Below are positions 1-13,800 of a stretch of DNA of 64,000 nucleotides, in pieces. Every line of letters starts with the position of its first letter. The first letter of the stretch is position 1. Source of the stretch: Amoebophrya sp. A120 (lineage: Eukaryota > Protista > Dinoflagellata); NCBI GenBank assembly GCA_905178155.1, contig CAJINV010000003.1, forward strand, positions 4,215,253 to 4,279,252, in the 5' to 3' direction. The notes beneath the pieces were generated by a model. It was not told the DNA's origin and did not search any database. It was given only the letters and a program-made list of their open reading frames with translations. The position numbers and the translations under genes are program-made.

Positions 1-1823
1 TCAAGGAGGACTCCCACAGCGAAGAGCTTGTTGTCCAATCGTGACCACGCGTAGTTTCGTGGTTTGTTCCAAATCCAATAGCCGCGGTTACATAACGATA
101 ACACCAGACGACCCAGAGGACGAGACTGCTTCTACTTCTGTAACCAAACTTTACGGAGCATTTCAGTAATTTTGTAGCTGCGATTCGATGAAATAATGAA
201 AATCGGTTCGAGGCCGCGACGGGACTGCTTCATTTCAACTTGATGGCTCCACCTCGCCATGCTCGCGTCTTTCAGATTCGTTCCTCTGCGGATGAGATTA
301 GGGTACTTATTTTCGCTCGTTCGCCGCAACACGCAGATCCAAAGCGAATTCTGGAAAGTTCAAGTCGGAGATATTCTTCAACAGCGTGGTGTAATGTGAA
401 GGCACAGGCAGTCTGGTTGGATTCACACTGGAAACTCTATTCAGCTCCAGGTCGGTCCTCCTCGGAAAAACCTAAAAATACCCTCCGATCATGGCTCAAG
501 AAAACTTCAGAAATGACACGTTCGCGGAAAGTAGTTGAAATCCAAATCAGAGTCAATAGCAATAATTTAGTGGTACAAAGAAATAAAAGGAAATCCCAAA
601 TCGACAAAATGGATCGATTTGAGACCTTTCTTGTTCACCTCTGTCTACATACTCGAAAAGTCACGAAAAAACGTGGCCAACATTTTTGTATATGAAACTA
701 CACGAGGCATTTACATTTTCGGAAAAAAACCAAGTAACTTCCTAGGAAACCGATATATTTCTTCCTCTTCAGGGCTACTCTCTGTGGTCGCTGTGTAGTC
801 GGTGGTGTGAAAAACAATTTGACTCACAATCATAGTCATCATCGAAATCGATCTCCGTAAGAGCTCCAGGAACTGGTGGCACGATTAGGCCAGTCTCCAT
901 ACATGAAGGTCATTCGCGTGTTTGTGTTTCATAAACGCTAAACGCCATTTGTTGGATTGATTTGGAGCTGCGCGTTTGCAGCTGGTGAAGCAGAAGATCT
1001 TCAACGAAAGATCAAGATCTCGCTGTCGAACTCGCGCGAACTCGCACAAGCACACGGAAGAAAGTGCGAGTGGTGCCTTTCTTGTTCGTCTAGACAAAAC
1101 AAGAAGACTGTATTTCATTTAGATTTATCAATCTTTATGAGCCACTTGGACTTGCCGAAACAAGTAAATCAAAGGACCACCACGTCGATGTGGATCTTTT
1201 TGGTTCTACTCTTTCGAAGATCTTCTGCGACGACGACAAGCATCTGCTTTCGCACCGCAAAACGTGATGTGTACCTGCGAACAGCGATCACAGACACAGC
1301 GACCAAGATAGTATCGTCTGCATTTTCATTTGTTGAAAGGAGTGTATCACGGGTGATTTTTATCCTGCTTTCTGACCCTGTAACTTCGTGCGCGGCTGCC
1401 AGTTTATCAAGATTTATCCATGTCACTTGATGTGATCAAAATCGCCTGCGTTTTGTTGATGACGATGTTGACCAATCACATCCATAGATACTCTCGATGA
1501 TCATGGACACGGGTCACCAAATTTTATTCAGTTCCGCTATTTTTTGTCTTAGTTTTTGATCTTGGATCCTTGCCTTGCCTGCAAAGATCGGAAAAGAAAA
1601 GATAGAGAAGTAGAAGCTGAAGCGCGGGAGCTTACTTCTTGCGTTCACGACTATACTAATTTTTGTTTACTAAACTAAGTGAGATCTCGTTCTCGACAAC
1701 ATTTTCGGGAGGAAGAGGGAAGCATAGGGGGTTAAAGAACATAGGAACTTTATGTTCATTTTTTTACTTTATATGGGACGCAGCTAGTCCTAATTTAGAT
1801 TTACAGATAATAACGAACAAAAA

Positions 1824-4800
1824 CTAGAGTGCAAGCCAGAAGTTTTCGCGGTCTTTCGGCCCTTCTTCTAGCAACACTTCCCCGTCGAGCGTGAGGATGC
1901 GACCCGCCATAGGGCGCCCCGCGAGCTGCTGCCTGGCGAGTTTCTCGAGAAAGTCGAACCCCACGTCCTGCAGCGGCAGGCAGTTCATCACCAGCAACCG
2001 GAGCCGCTTGATGTTTTGCTCGGTGAGAACGAAACTTTCGACCATCTCGTTCTCCGTCGCCTCGTCCTCTTCGTACCGAGTTAAGGAACCGAACAAACGG
2101 AACCCCTGTGCGACGCAGTCCACATCCTTGACGCCGTTCTTCTATCAACCAAAAAAATTTCGTCACGATCACTCATGCGTATTTTTGCAATACAAAATTT
2201 TTTGTCATGCGTAGAAACGCACCACCGCCAAACTTCATAAGGGATCTCCCTAGTAGTGGTTCTGCAATACAAGGAAAAGCTGTGATGCAAAAAAGTTTGT
2301 AATGCAAAGCCTGCAAGTTAGTGACTGCGAGTGCGACGAACTTTTTTCTTTCCATATCTCCTCGAGGAGAACCAACACCCATTCCACGAAGTTGATGCTC
2401 TGCTCGCGCTTTGCCTTGCCAAAAAGCAGGTCGCGGACGCTGGTGCAGAACAGCAGGTTGGCGAACGTCGACAGCAGCTCCAGGCACAAGTTGGAGCTCG
2501 TGGAGCAGTACTTCTTCCCGGCCTTCAGCAACGTCGCGATACCATTGTTCTCTTGGAGAACCGTCAACAAGCTGACTTCTAACACAGGCAACCCACCGGC
2601 CATGGCCATTACCTTCGTGTTTTTATTTTTTTTAGAGTGACTAGGACTACGATAATCTCCGCCAGTCCCAGTTCTAATTGGAGTAGAAATGCGCTACTGG
2701 TAGTGGTACTGACGGTATACCACAAATACAAAAAGAGCAGCACCCAACAACAGCCACAATGACAATACATCAAATTGCGCAAGCCCGAGTAATATCGTCG
2801 ACTCATCCGCATGATCTCCATCCACCGCAAATCAATGATGATCGGTGAAAAGTGGATTGTAAAAGCTAAATGTAAATTTCATCAAGATCAGATTGCAAAA
2901 AAATCACATAAAAGCAAATCAAATCTACCTTGACGCAGTTGGCCGCTTTGGCCTGCACGGAGACGCTGATCCGGTCTTCGTTTAGAATGCGCAGGGGGTG
3001 TTTCATCCCGGGTAGCAAGTACTGTCGCAGCACCGCGTTCTCGTGGCTCAATAAAGCCAGTGTCTCGAGACAGGGAACGACGACGCTCGGGCTCTGCATC
3101 GTGTCCTCGTCCACGAGGAAGTGGTCCAACATGTTTAGGAACGACTGCGCAATGGGTTTCTCGTACTCGTCGATATTCTCGCTGCCCTCGGCGAGCACGC
3201 GGAGGGTGTTCACCAGATACTCCCGGCTCTCCAGGTCGTTCTTCAGCAGTCCACCCATGGTCAGGAGCGTACGGAACACGTCGGAGAGGCTCGAGCCCAG
3301 TCGCTGGTCGTGCAACGCGCAGGCGTGGAAAATTTGCAGTGCGTGCTTCAGCACCGACTGGGAGTCGGGGTGCCGTTTCACGGTCAAAATCACCGACCGC
3401 AGCGCGTAGTGTGCGGTGTGCACGATCTGGTATCAAATGTAAAAATGTCTGAGTCTGGAAACTTGTGATGCTGGGTGGCGTATCATGAGGAGGCCACAAG
3501 TGCTCGCTCAGCATGACAAGTTTCTGAGCTTCTAGGTGTTGCCTATTCTGCATGCCAAACTGCGTTTCTACATGACAGAAAAGTGGCGCTCTTGGGCAAC
3601 GTGCATGACAGATTTAAGAGTCATGCCAGACAAGCATGACAAACGTGCATTCTTCCAGACCCAGACATTTTTACATTTGATATCTGGGCCTTGGAGACGA
3701 CGCACAGCAGCGCGATCACGCGCAGAGTCGACCCACACACCTTCCGGTTTTCGGGGGACAGGTCCAGCACCTGGCAGAGCAGCTCCAGTAAGGAGGAAGA
3801 CCGTCCGTGCAGCACGGCATTGCCTTTGTTTCGCGTCATGCGAATGTCCGCACCGTCGCGGGCGATTTTTCGCAAGTGCTTACTGTTTAAGGCAGCTCCT
3901 GCGGCCCCATCGGCGGAAGAACGACCACCGCCATGGTCACTGTCTCCCCCGGCATCTTCGTCTTCGTCCTCATTCCGAAATCCCCCCGACGCCGCGGCGA
4001 AATCAAACAGCCGCCCGCCAGGCACCGATGCCGAGCTGAAGAGCGCGGAGGGATCGTCGAGCAATAGATCGGCGTCTAGCTGGCCCTCGTCCACCAGCAA
4101 GAGGTTCCCGTCGATCGCGTAGTGCAGCCGATCCAACTGCTTCTTCTGGGTTATCGCAAGACAAAAGTGCTACAGTCACGCATTGTGTTGCAAGGCCGGC
4201 AAGACTTCAGTGACTACAACCTTTGTCATGCAAGAAATGCTTGCGGGCCTTGTCCGTTTCATATTACGTGTCTGCTCATTCCATACGAAAAATGTCTGCA
4301 ATGCACGTTTTTTTTTGTCATGGAGCGAAAGCTTGTTTGTGTTTTCTGAACTTACAACAAATGCGTGGTACCTGGAGCACTTTCTCTTTACATATGGATC
4401 GGCGGTCGCACACTGGGGCGCGCGGCCGTCGAGTGCGGCCCGCCATTTTCCTCGGTCTCCGCCCGGGCCGCCATCGTCGGCCGCAGCAGGAGCCGGTCGT
4501 TCCCGAGATGATTGATCGTCAGCTCGTAGATGTTCCCCAAAACCAGCAGAGCGCGCACGAGCAGGCGCGGGCTCGCTTTGAAGCGCAGCAGCGCCCGGAG
4601 GCAGTACGCGTGCTGTTCGAGGACGCGGTGCGCCGAGCGACACACCAGGAGAACCTCGAAGAGCGATTCGTAGGACGAAAGCGTGAGGAATCGCTGGCGC
4701 TCTTGACGCGCGTTTACCTGGTTTGCCCCGTCGTCGTCGGCAGCACCGGTTGCTTCCGCGAGGGTCGACGAAACCAGATTCAGTTCGCGGTGGTTGGCGG

Positions 4801-7800
4801 CGACGGACTTGTAGCGGGTCCAAAACTCCTCCTGACCGCGGCCACCTGGGCTGTTGTTCGCCGCGCCCGCTCCGCTGTCTATCGCCACAACCTCGTCGAG
4901 CAAGTTTCGGTATTGTTGTGTTTTTTTCCGCTTCGTGCGGTCTTCCGCCTCCAGCCGCCGTGCGATGCGTTCTTTTCCCTCGACGAGGTCCAGCGCAAAG
5001 TCGAGGTGGTCTTGTACAATCAAACACTCCGGGTGGATGCACTCGGCGAGTGCGTCCAACACTTTCCATTGCAACATTTCCTCCTCGATCCTCATGGGCA
5101 CGTGCAGAGAGTGGAAAACCGCCATTTGAAACTGGTGTCGGTGCTCGGGGACGGGAACCGACGAGTCCACGTGGACGCGGTTGGCCTGTTGCAGAAGCTG
5201 ATCGACTTCCTGGTCGAGGTCCTTGGCGGCCTTCTTCGCGTCTTTTTCCTCGACGTCCTCGTCGTGCAACGTGTACCCGGCGACGACGTGTCTCCCGTCT
5301 ACTCCCTGGAAGGGGCTCCCGCGCCCGGCCAGGTTCTGGTTCAGGTTTATGATCGGTTTTTGTCCGACCGCGGCGGCGAAGCCGAAATCCGCAGTCGCGA
5401 GATGCGTTTCCTTCTTCAGGTCCTTGTCTAACTTATCCGTTTCCCGAATGCGGGACATCCACGCGGCCGCCAGGGGAGAGGGGCTCCACTTCACCTGCAA
5501 TGCCTTCCGCATGGACTCCGAAAACCCCCCCGACGCAGTACGGCGAAACAGGAAGTGCAGTGGACGCGCACTGTAAAACTTATCCAGCTTCTGGGCCATG
5601 AAAGAGAAATCCTTTTCCACGTGCGCGGCCTTGTTGGACGTAACGCAGTGGCTCACGACGAGTCGATCACCGACCTGCAGTGCGTTCTTCGCGGCCCAAC
5701 AGTCGGCTCCTTCTATTTGTGTGATGCTACCTGCGGCCGGCGGCACGGGCGGCTTGTAGTCTTCCGGGTTCGGTAGAGACGCGGGACCCCCGCGTAGGTG
5801 GAGGTCTCTTTCTTTCTCTTGGTCCTCTTTTGTCAGCTCGTGCCCGTTCGCGATCTCGAAGCCCAGGTGGCCGGGCTCGGTGACCTCAACTTGAACGTAT
5901 TCGGAAAAATTCTCCTTGCGCAAAAACATAAAGTTGCAGGCCGGTGGCTGCGGGTGCTCCTGCGCGGCCTTGGGATCTTTTTTTTGTCGTTCGTGGTGCT
6001 CCTTCTGCTCGTGAATGACGCGCTCAATCAGCGCATCGTCGGGGTCGCGCCCGGGCCACTCGTGGATCTCCGAGATGGGGTGTCCGGCGAACAAAAGCAG
6101 GACGTCGCCCGGGACCAGTTTGAATTTGTACGCTTGCGTCTTCCCGACCCCTCGGGGCGTCAACTTCTCGGCGCGCAACAACCGCACGAGCGGGTACTCC
6201 TTCCAGTACAACTGAAAGCCAAAGAGGTGCAGAAATTTATCTCGGCTGCTGAGGTGTGGGTCGTGGAGCGCGTCCACGTCGAGATCCTTGGCTTCGACCT
6301 GCCAGCCCACCACCCCGGCTTCCTTCGGACTGAGGCCGCGGGCGAGCTGCGACAGCAGGTAGGGCTTCATTCGCGGTGGCGGTCCTTTCTTGCCCTCCTT
6401 CCCCTTCCCCTGGCCTTTGGGCGGCGGCTTCGCCGGTTCGGGGAAAAACAGCATCCGGTTCCAGGGGATGCGCTCGGGGTCGTAACTATCGCGCAACTCG
6501 TGGCGATGAAACAGATCCACCACCGCAGGGTCCTTGTGACCGGGGACCTTCTTCCCGACGTCCGGGTGCTCCCGCCAGGCCTGGGGCAGTTGCAGCGTAA
6601 AATCCTCCTGGTTCTTGTAGTGCTCCCGTGTGTATGGCTCTCCACGGCGAAACAGCACCGATAACGGCCGAGGGCCAGTGATGTCCATTTGGTGCTGGAG
6701 GGACGCTTCCAAGGCTTCTTCGGTCTGGTAAAGACCGCCCTTGTCCGGGGGGATGAATTCGCACAGCGTGCGGCCGATGGCGATCACGCGATCACCCTTT
6801 TTCAGTCCGCGTGATTCGGCCCAACCCTTCTTGGCCATTCTTCGAACGAAATACTTCTGGAAGTCCATCTCGAGGCCATGGTCAGGGCGGTCGATTTCGA
6901 GTTGCAAGTACTGGCTCTCGAACTTCAACCGCAGAAACCAGAAGTTGATTTTCTTCTTCGCTGTGACCTGCTTCACGCAGTGATTCACAATGGCCTCGTG
7001 CGGGTCCTGCCCCGGCCAACTAACCAGCTCCGTCACAGGGCGGTCGTTGATTTTCAGCAACAGGTCCCCCTTGCCGACCTTTGCCTTGAAAGCGCGCGAC
7101 GGCTTGGTCGGGTCCATCACGTCCTGCTCCACCACTTTCGTGACGCGAATCTGCGGGAACTTGGTGAAATCCAAGGCCATTCCGAACAGACTCGCCAACT
7201 TCTGCCGCCACGTGACCTTTTTGTCCTTGATCACCTTTGCGTTCAAACTACTCTGCGCCCACATCGCCAGGCCGAGCTTTGGTCCTTTCAAGCTGTCGGC
7301 CAACAGCAGTATCTGCATGTAGGGTGCGCCCTTTGGGTTCAGCAGTGCGTTTTTGACCATGCGGAGATCCTGTTTTGTGAACACCTTTTCCCGTTCCGCT
7401 TTCACCGCTATGTCCATGTGCTTCTGCTGCCGCATCAGGTTCAGAAGCGCATCGATTCCCCAGTAGTGCAGCCAGGGGTTCCGCGGGAAGCGGCGCAGGC
7501 AGTCCAACAATAACGTGATCAGCTGACTCGCTAGGGAGCCGTAGGGAAGCCGCGGTTCCCGTGCCAGGGCGATCGCGTACTCGAGGACCAACTGTGCCTG
7601 GCTCTGCATGTCTCGTCGCTTTTGCAGTGCCGCCTGCGACGGCGACGATCCAGGTTTTATCGCCGCGGCGGAGGCGGTCCCGAGTCTGCCGTCGTGCTGG
7701 AGCTGGAACAAGGTGGAGTACAGCTCCCCGATGGTGTAGCGGAATCGTTTGAACGACTGGAATTCCAGTGTTTCGTACACCGTGTCGAGGCTGCGCAACT

Positions 7801-10800
7801 TTTCCAGGACCTGGTGGAAGTCCAGGGCGTCCTCCTTGTCTGGCAGTAGCTCCAAATCAAAGTCCTCGATCAAACAGGCACCGAGGTCGGGCTCCAGGGG
7901 GCGCAAGTGCGGGAGCGGAATTCCGACCCACTGAATTTTCGGCGGAAGCTTCAGTTCTTTCGGGTGCTGAATTTGGAAGGCCGACTCTTCGTTGCGCTGC
8001 GCACCCAAATCCCGCTCACGCAGCTCCATCTGTATCCTCTGCAAGCGCTGGGCTCGTTCCTGGTCCGCTTTCGTGGAGCCGCCGAGAAAGATTGCAGGCG
8101 GTTTCACAACGCCTGGTGCACCCTGATCGTCAATGCGGACTCGGCCGGCTCCTGGACTACCACTTGCTTGATGTAGTCCCGGACTACCTGCAACGCTCAT
8201 TTTCGAAGCGGTTCCCGGAAGCCCCGCAACCGCAGCTTGGATCGCGCTCCCGGGCCGTGACCCTCCTGCACCTTGGTTGTTGACAGCGGCAACGACCATG
8301 CCCTGCTCATGGTCGAACTCCATCATGCCCGCGCTCGCAAGCAGCGGCGAAGTTGCTGCGTCCTTCAGGTGCTGGTCATAGTGCTCGAAGGTCGTACCTA
8401 GCAGGACCTGTCGCTCCTCCAGCTCCTCCATGTGCTGGTTGTGGGCGTGCTGCGCACACTGCTGCAACAGGTTGACAGGAGGGATTTCGCCCGCTTCAAT
8501 CGTCTCCAAAATGTCGATTTCGGGCGGCGGGACCCGGGGCCGCGCGGTTTGGTTCTCCAGAAGCTGATCGCGCACCGCATTCTGCTCGGAGGTCAGGTTG
8601 TCCGGATGAAAATCCTCCTTGTGGGCTAGCTTGTGTTGATCGCCGACCAATCGCTGCATAGCCGCGGTTTGTCGCGCCACCTCCGCCTCTGCCTCGTCGT
8701 CGGTCGAAGAGTCAAAGCAGGAGAAAACTCCTTTCGGCTTCGTCTTCTTTGGCTTTGGCGGCGGGGGTAAATCAGCCTGGTGGGGCTGGTGTTTGTGCGC
8801 AACACCTGTAGAAGTTGCCTGACCGGCCTGCCCGGCACCGCTGTAATGTTCTACTGTTCCATGACGTTCCTGTGCAAGAACATCATCCTCGGGGTAGAAC
8901 AGAAATTCCGCCCGCCCATCCTTCCTCGAATTTTTCACGTCCTCGATAGCAACCTCCAGCACTTCTGTGTCTCGCAACGGGACGCGACCGTGCTGCGCAC
9001 GCTCTGCCTTCAAACGCCGCATCTCCGCCTGCCCCGCGGCCTTCACGGTTTGTCGCAGCTGCAATTTGTCCTCTGGCGTCAGCTGAATCGCTTCCCCTGC
9101 GTGCTTGGTACCATCAGCGCCCAGGTCGCGTTTGCTGCGAAGCTTCATCAGTTCCTCGGCCGCCTCCTTTTTCATGAATTGGCGCACCCGCTCCTCGTCC
9201 TTCCGATCGTGAACGATGTCCTCCAGCCGGACTCGCTCCGCAGGATCCTCCAACTTTCTTTTCGCTAACTCCTCGAGTGTCGGGCCCTTTTTTTTCTTCT
9301 TTTCCTTTTCCTCGTCTTCCAAGTCTTTGCGCTTTTTCGTCTCCAGCGCGTCTGCATCCTCCGCCCCTTCGCTGGAAATATCGCTCGCATCCTCCCCCTC
9401 CAGCAAAGCCTCGCTCTTGGAACGGACAATCTTGCCGCTTCCTCCTGCGTCAAACATTGCCCCGGAGACGGACCCTCGTCGTCCCCCTGCTCCTGCTGCA
9501 GCGGCGGACTTCTGCTTCTGCTTCTTTTGCTTTTGCCTTCGTCTTGCCTCCGCAGCGGCGGTGATGCCGCGGTACTCCTGCAACCGCTGCTGGTCCGCCA
9601 CTGCCTCGTGTTCTCGTTGGTCCAGCAGGTATTCGTCATACAGAGGCTCCGCGTCGCGTGCAAAGTGGTTTTCGCGAATGCTGTCCACCATGCCGCCGCC
9701 ACCCTCGACCACGATCTCCTCCTTTCCACTGGCGTCCCAGGCTTTCACCCGCTCCACAATACCGTACTGCGAGGCGACGGCTTCCCCGCTTTGGGCCGCG
9801 CTATCGTTCCAAGACTGGGGAAGATAACTCTTTCCCTGCGGGCTTCGTCCACGACCCGCTCCGGGCGTCATGGGCGACATGCCTCCATCTCGCGCGCCGG
9901 CAGCGGAGGAGCGGGAATCGCGGACGACGCATCTTGCTCGCAGAACCGCGTCGGATCCAAAGGCCTGCACCAGCCGTTTTGACTTACGCGACCAGATGGG
10001 CTGAACGGCATGAACCTTGCCCGACAACTCCCCATTTCGCACCCGGATACTCACCTGTGCCAGCGGGTCGGTTTCGTCGAAGGTCGTACGTCGGCTGTGC
10101 AGCGTTTTCCCTCGGCTGCCGGTTGGCCGCTGCTCGTCCGGGGAAACAGAGGACCCATCCGCCGCTTTTTCGTAGAAAACGATGTGGAACCACAGTACGT
10201 CGTTCGGGTCCGCACACTTCTTCTTGTCTAGTGGAAAGAACAACCGGCGGTAGAACGGCACCAGCGAGGGATCGAAGCTGGAACTGATAGTCGCAAACCG
10301 GCGCTCCGAAATGACGGCCTCGCGTTGACCCGCGTCAAGGGGCTCCCCACGCAGGTAGTGGCGCCAGGCGGTCGGATCTCCGGCCGTATCGGTGCACACA
10401 CGCAGTGACGCCGCAACGTCGGTAAGCTTCAGCCTGAAAAGGTTCGCAATCTTCTCCAGTGCGTGCACATCGACGTCAACCTGTGGACCAAGATCCCCCC
10501 GTGAATGTTCGCCAGCACCAGTTACTGCAGCACCTGCCGCCGACCCCAAGAAGCTTATCGCATTTGCCTGCAAGTCTGTGTTTCCACGGCTTTCATGATC
10601 CCTGCTTCTACTCAAGGGAGAATTCATCGCGATGGCTTGGTTTCGAATCTCCTGGCGCTCCGCTTTCATCGCGTTCGCGTTGATCAGTATCGGCGTCGGA
10701 TCCGCGTCCTGGTCTAGCTTTTCCTGCCAGCCTGCCTTCTCCGCGCGCTTCGGGATCTGCAGCTCCCCCGTGGTCGGGTCCACCGGGACCACGACGACAT

Positions 10801-13800
10801 CCTCCGGGTCTACTTCTACCCCAGTGTCGTCTTCGTCCTGCGGCTCGTCCTCATCTCCGCCGCCGCCGCCCGCCCCGCCGGCAGCCGGGATCGCGTACAT
10901 GGATTCGTAGTACTGGTTTCGGCTGTGCCTCTCCGCGTAAAACTGCGCCTGCTGTTCGTCCCGGACCTGCTCTTGCAGTTCCGCCTTGTAGCGCTCTTGC
11001 TCCATGCGCTTCTGCTCCTGATCGGCGATCATGTCCCGCTCATTTTGCGTGATGAAGTTGGCATCCAGCAGTTGCTGCGCCGTCATCTCGTTCAGCGCTT
11101 GGGTCACTTTGCGGCTCAGCTCCCCGGTGACGGATTGCAGACGCTCGCCCTGCGACCGGAGGTGCATGAAGGTGATGTCTAGTCCGTCTTTTTGCGTCAG
11201 CGAGTTGATGCTGGGAGGAATCGGCCGGCGATGCCGCTCCTCTGCTGCGAGTCGCGCAGCAGCTTCATCTCCGTCTGGATCGTCTGGCGCTGCGTTATTT
11301 CCACCAAATTGGTCGAATTGCATTCCCGGCACCTCGCCCGCGGCTCCGGAGAGGGGAAGAGTGGTGTTCGCAATTGAATTCGCCGCGCCAGATGCGGCGT
11401 TTGATGTTCCACCGTGGTCACCAGCCGTCTGGTACATTGGGGCATTGATGGTCGTGGCCGGCACGGTGTACCGCATCAGCTCCTGGAACCGCGCCAAAGC
11501 GTTACGGGACTGACACACAGTCTTGTACCGTTCCTGCAGTAGTGCGAGCTGTTCCTGTGCCTTCGTAGGGTCGTACAACTTCGGTTCCTGCAGCAGTGTC
11601 GCTAGCTCCGGTGCGGCGTCGGCGGCACTCGCGGATCGAGCCATGATACCGCCTCGCTGTTCGAGCGTCTGTAGATAGGAGGTGACGTACAACTGGCTCG
11701 CTTGCTCCTCCCGCAAGCGCATCTGCCCGGAAACAGTGGAGGAGGAAATCTTCGTGTCTTTCTTCACACTACTTTCGTCCTGACTCGCTCCGGTGAAGGG
11801 CTGAACAGGCATGCCCAAGGAGGGATGTTCTGCGGCCAGATTTTGGCGGAGTTGGCCTTGCATGCGTCGAGACGGATCGACTGCCTCTGCCACGTAGCGC
11901 TGCATGTCCGATACGTTCTGCATGCGTAGCAGCTGGTCTGCGGTGTACAGATCGTCAACGGACCGGACGTTGTCGTAGCCTGCCATAATTGCGTTCACAT
12001 CGTAGTATTGACCAACCTGAAAGCCCCCCGCCGCGCCAGCAGCGGGAGCCAATCCTGGTTGCTGCGCCCCCGCTGCCCCCACCTGCTGCTGCGGAGCCAA
12101 CGACTTGGCCGCGGCGATCGACGCAGCTGCGGTGGCGTTTGGCAGGTCGAAGTTTGTTTCTTGTTGCGACTGGTTATTCACAAACTTCCCCGTGGCGGTC
12201 TGCCCGCCACCGGTAGCTGAAGAGCCCGCCGCTGCTCCGTGTGGCCCTTGGGCAGGGCCTCCATCGAGGCTATCCACCATGGGCGGCACAGTTTTCCGCT
12301 TTTCCAGTGCGGCCTTCCAGTTCGACGGCAAACTTCGAAGCACGCTTTGCACCGCGGGGGATGTCAGTGCTGCACTGTCGAAACCGCCTCCGCCGCGCCG
12401 GCGTACCAGCAGACTGAGCGGTCGATGACCCTTGGAAGACAAGAGCGGCGCTAGTTCCTCTGGTTTGTGCTTCCGCGGGGGCTTGTCGTTGATGATCAAC
12501 AGTTGGTCTTTTGCCTTCAAGTGGCACTTCGCTCCAAACGTGCCGGATTTGGGATCTTCCTTTATTTCGCCCGTGCTGCCGCTGATTTTCAGTCCGAGGC
12601 TGATGTCGTTCGTGGTCAGGTGCACTTGAATGAACTCGTTTTCGAATTCCGACCGGAGAAACATGAACATGACCTTCTGGTACTTTTTCACCTTTCTGGC
12701 GAGGAAATTCAGCACCGCCGACTCGACGCTGCTACCTTCCATTTTGGGAATCGAGGTCGTTCGCTCGCCCCCCAAAACCAGCAACCGGTCACCAACTTTC
12801 AAACCGCGCGTAACGGCCTCACTTTTTGCTCCCCGGGCACGCGGCGTGGTTGGATGCACACGAACAACACGAAGGTTCGGGAAGGTCGCCCAATCCAGCT
12901 CAAAGCCAAACAGGAGCAGAATTTTCTCCGCCGAGCTCGTCGAAGAAGACATTTTCGAGACCTTCCCGACCAACTCCTCGGCGTCTGGCATCTTCTGCTC
13001 GTAGTACAACAGCGCGCTGCTCATGCTGTCCGCTGACTGCGTGGCTCCAAAAACGGACAAGAGAAATGGTGCGTCCGCTCCGCTGGCCGCGGCCGAAACC
13101 TTCTCGCCCCCGCCAGCAGGAGTAGTTGATGACGATGCACCAACCGCGCGAGAAGCGGTTGCGCTTGGAGGTGACGAGGAGCCTCCTTTGCCTTTATTCA
13201 AAGGCGCGTACACCTTGGCCCAGTGCGTCGCAATGTCGGTGGTGTTGCTGTGCTGGTTTTCCAACAAGTGTGCCGAAAACGCGGCGTGTGGCCGATGCAC
13301 AAAGAAATTCCGGCTGGTTTTCAGCAGCTCGACGATTTGCGAATCTTCCCGTCCGGTGCAGAATTTGTCGCCCGCAACCAAGAGCTCGTCACCGTCTTCG
13401 ATTTGTAGCCCCGAGGGATGCAGGTGTACGCCGTGGAAGGCGGACGTCTTCAGCATCGTTTTCTTGCCGTCCGGACCCTTGTGAAACATGCTTGCGAAAT
13501 CCGCGTTCTTGTCCAGAATTTCCACATTTAGGTAGTTCTCCGCCTTCTTCTTCCGGTGGAACACGAAGCCCCAGGAGGTCTGACTCGGGTCATTGTTTTT
13601 CTCCTTCACCTTTTGCCGCAACTTCCCGAGCAGCGCAGCGTCAGGGCTCTGGGGAACCGGGTCGCTCGACGACTTCGGAACGAAGCGGACCACGTCCGTG
13701 ATGACATACACGTCCGCTATGGTGGCCACCATGTCCCCCACCACGAGGCCGGCCTTGGCCGCTCGCGTGTCCTTGTCCACGGCGGTGAGCGCCACGCGAG

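Noticed and set aside
119-231. 14-nt imperfect direct repeat 99 nt apart bracketing an in-frame TAG (possible direct-repeat intron or readthrough)
   Set aside because: The coding frame cannot be established at the window edge, two frames are open, and a GT-AG alternative exists.
240-1430. Short ORFs on both strands at the window start
   Set aside because: No motifs, no codon bias and no consistent exon chain; probably UTR or intergenic.
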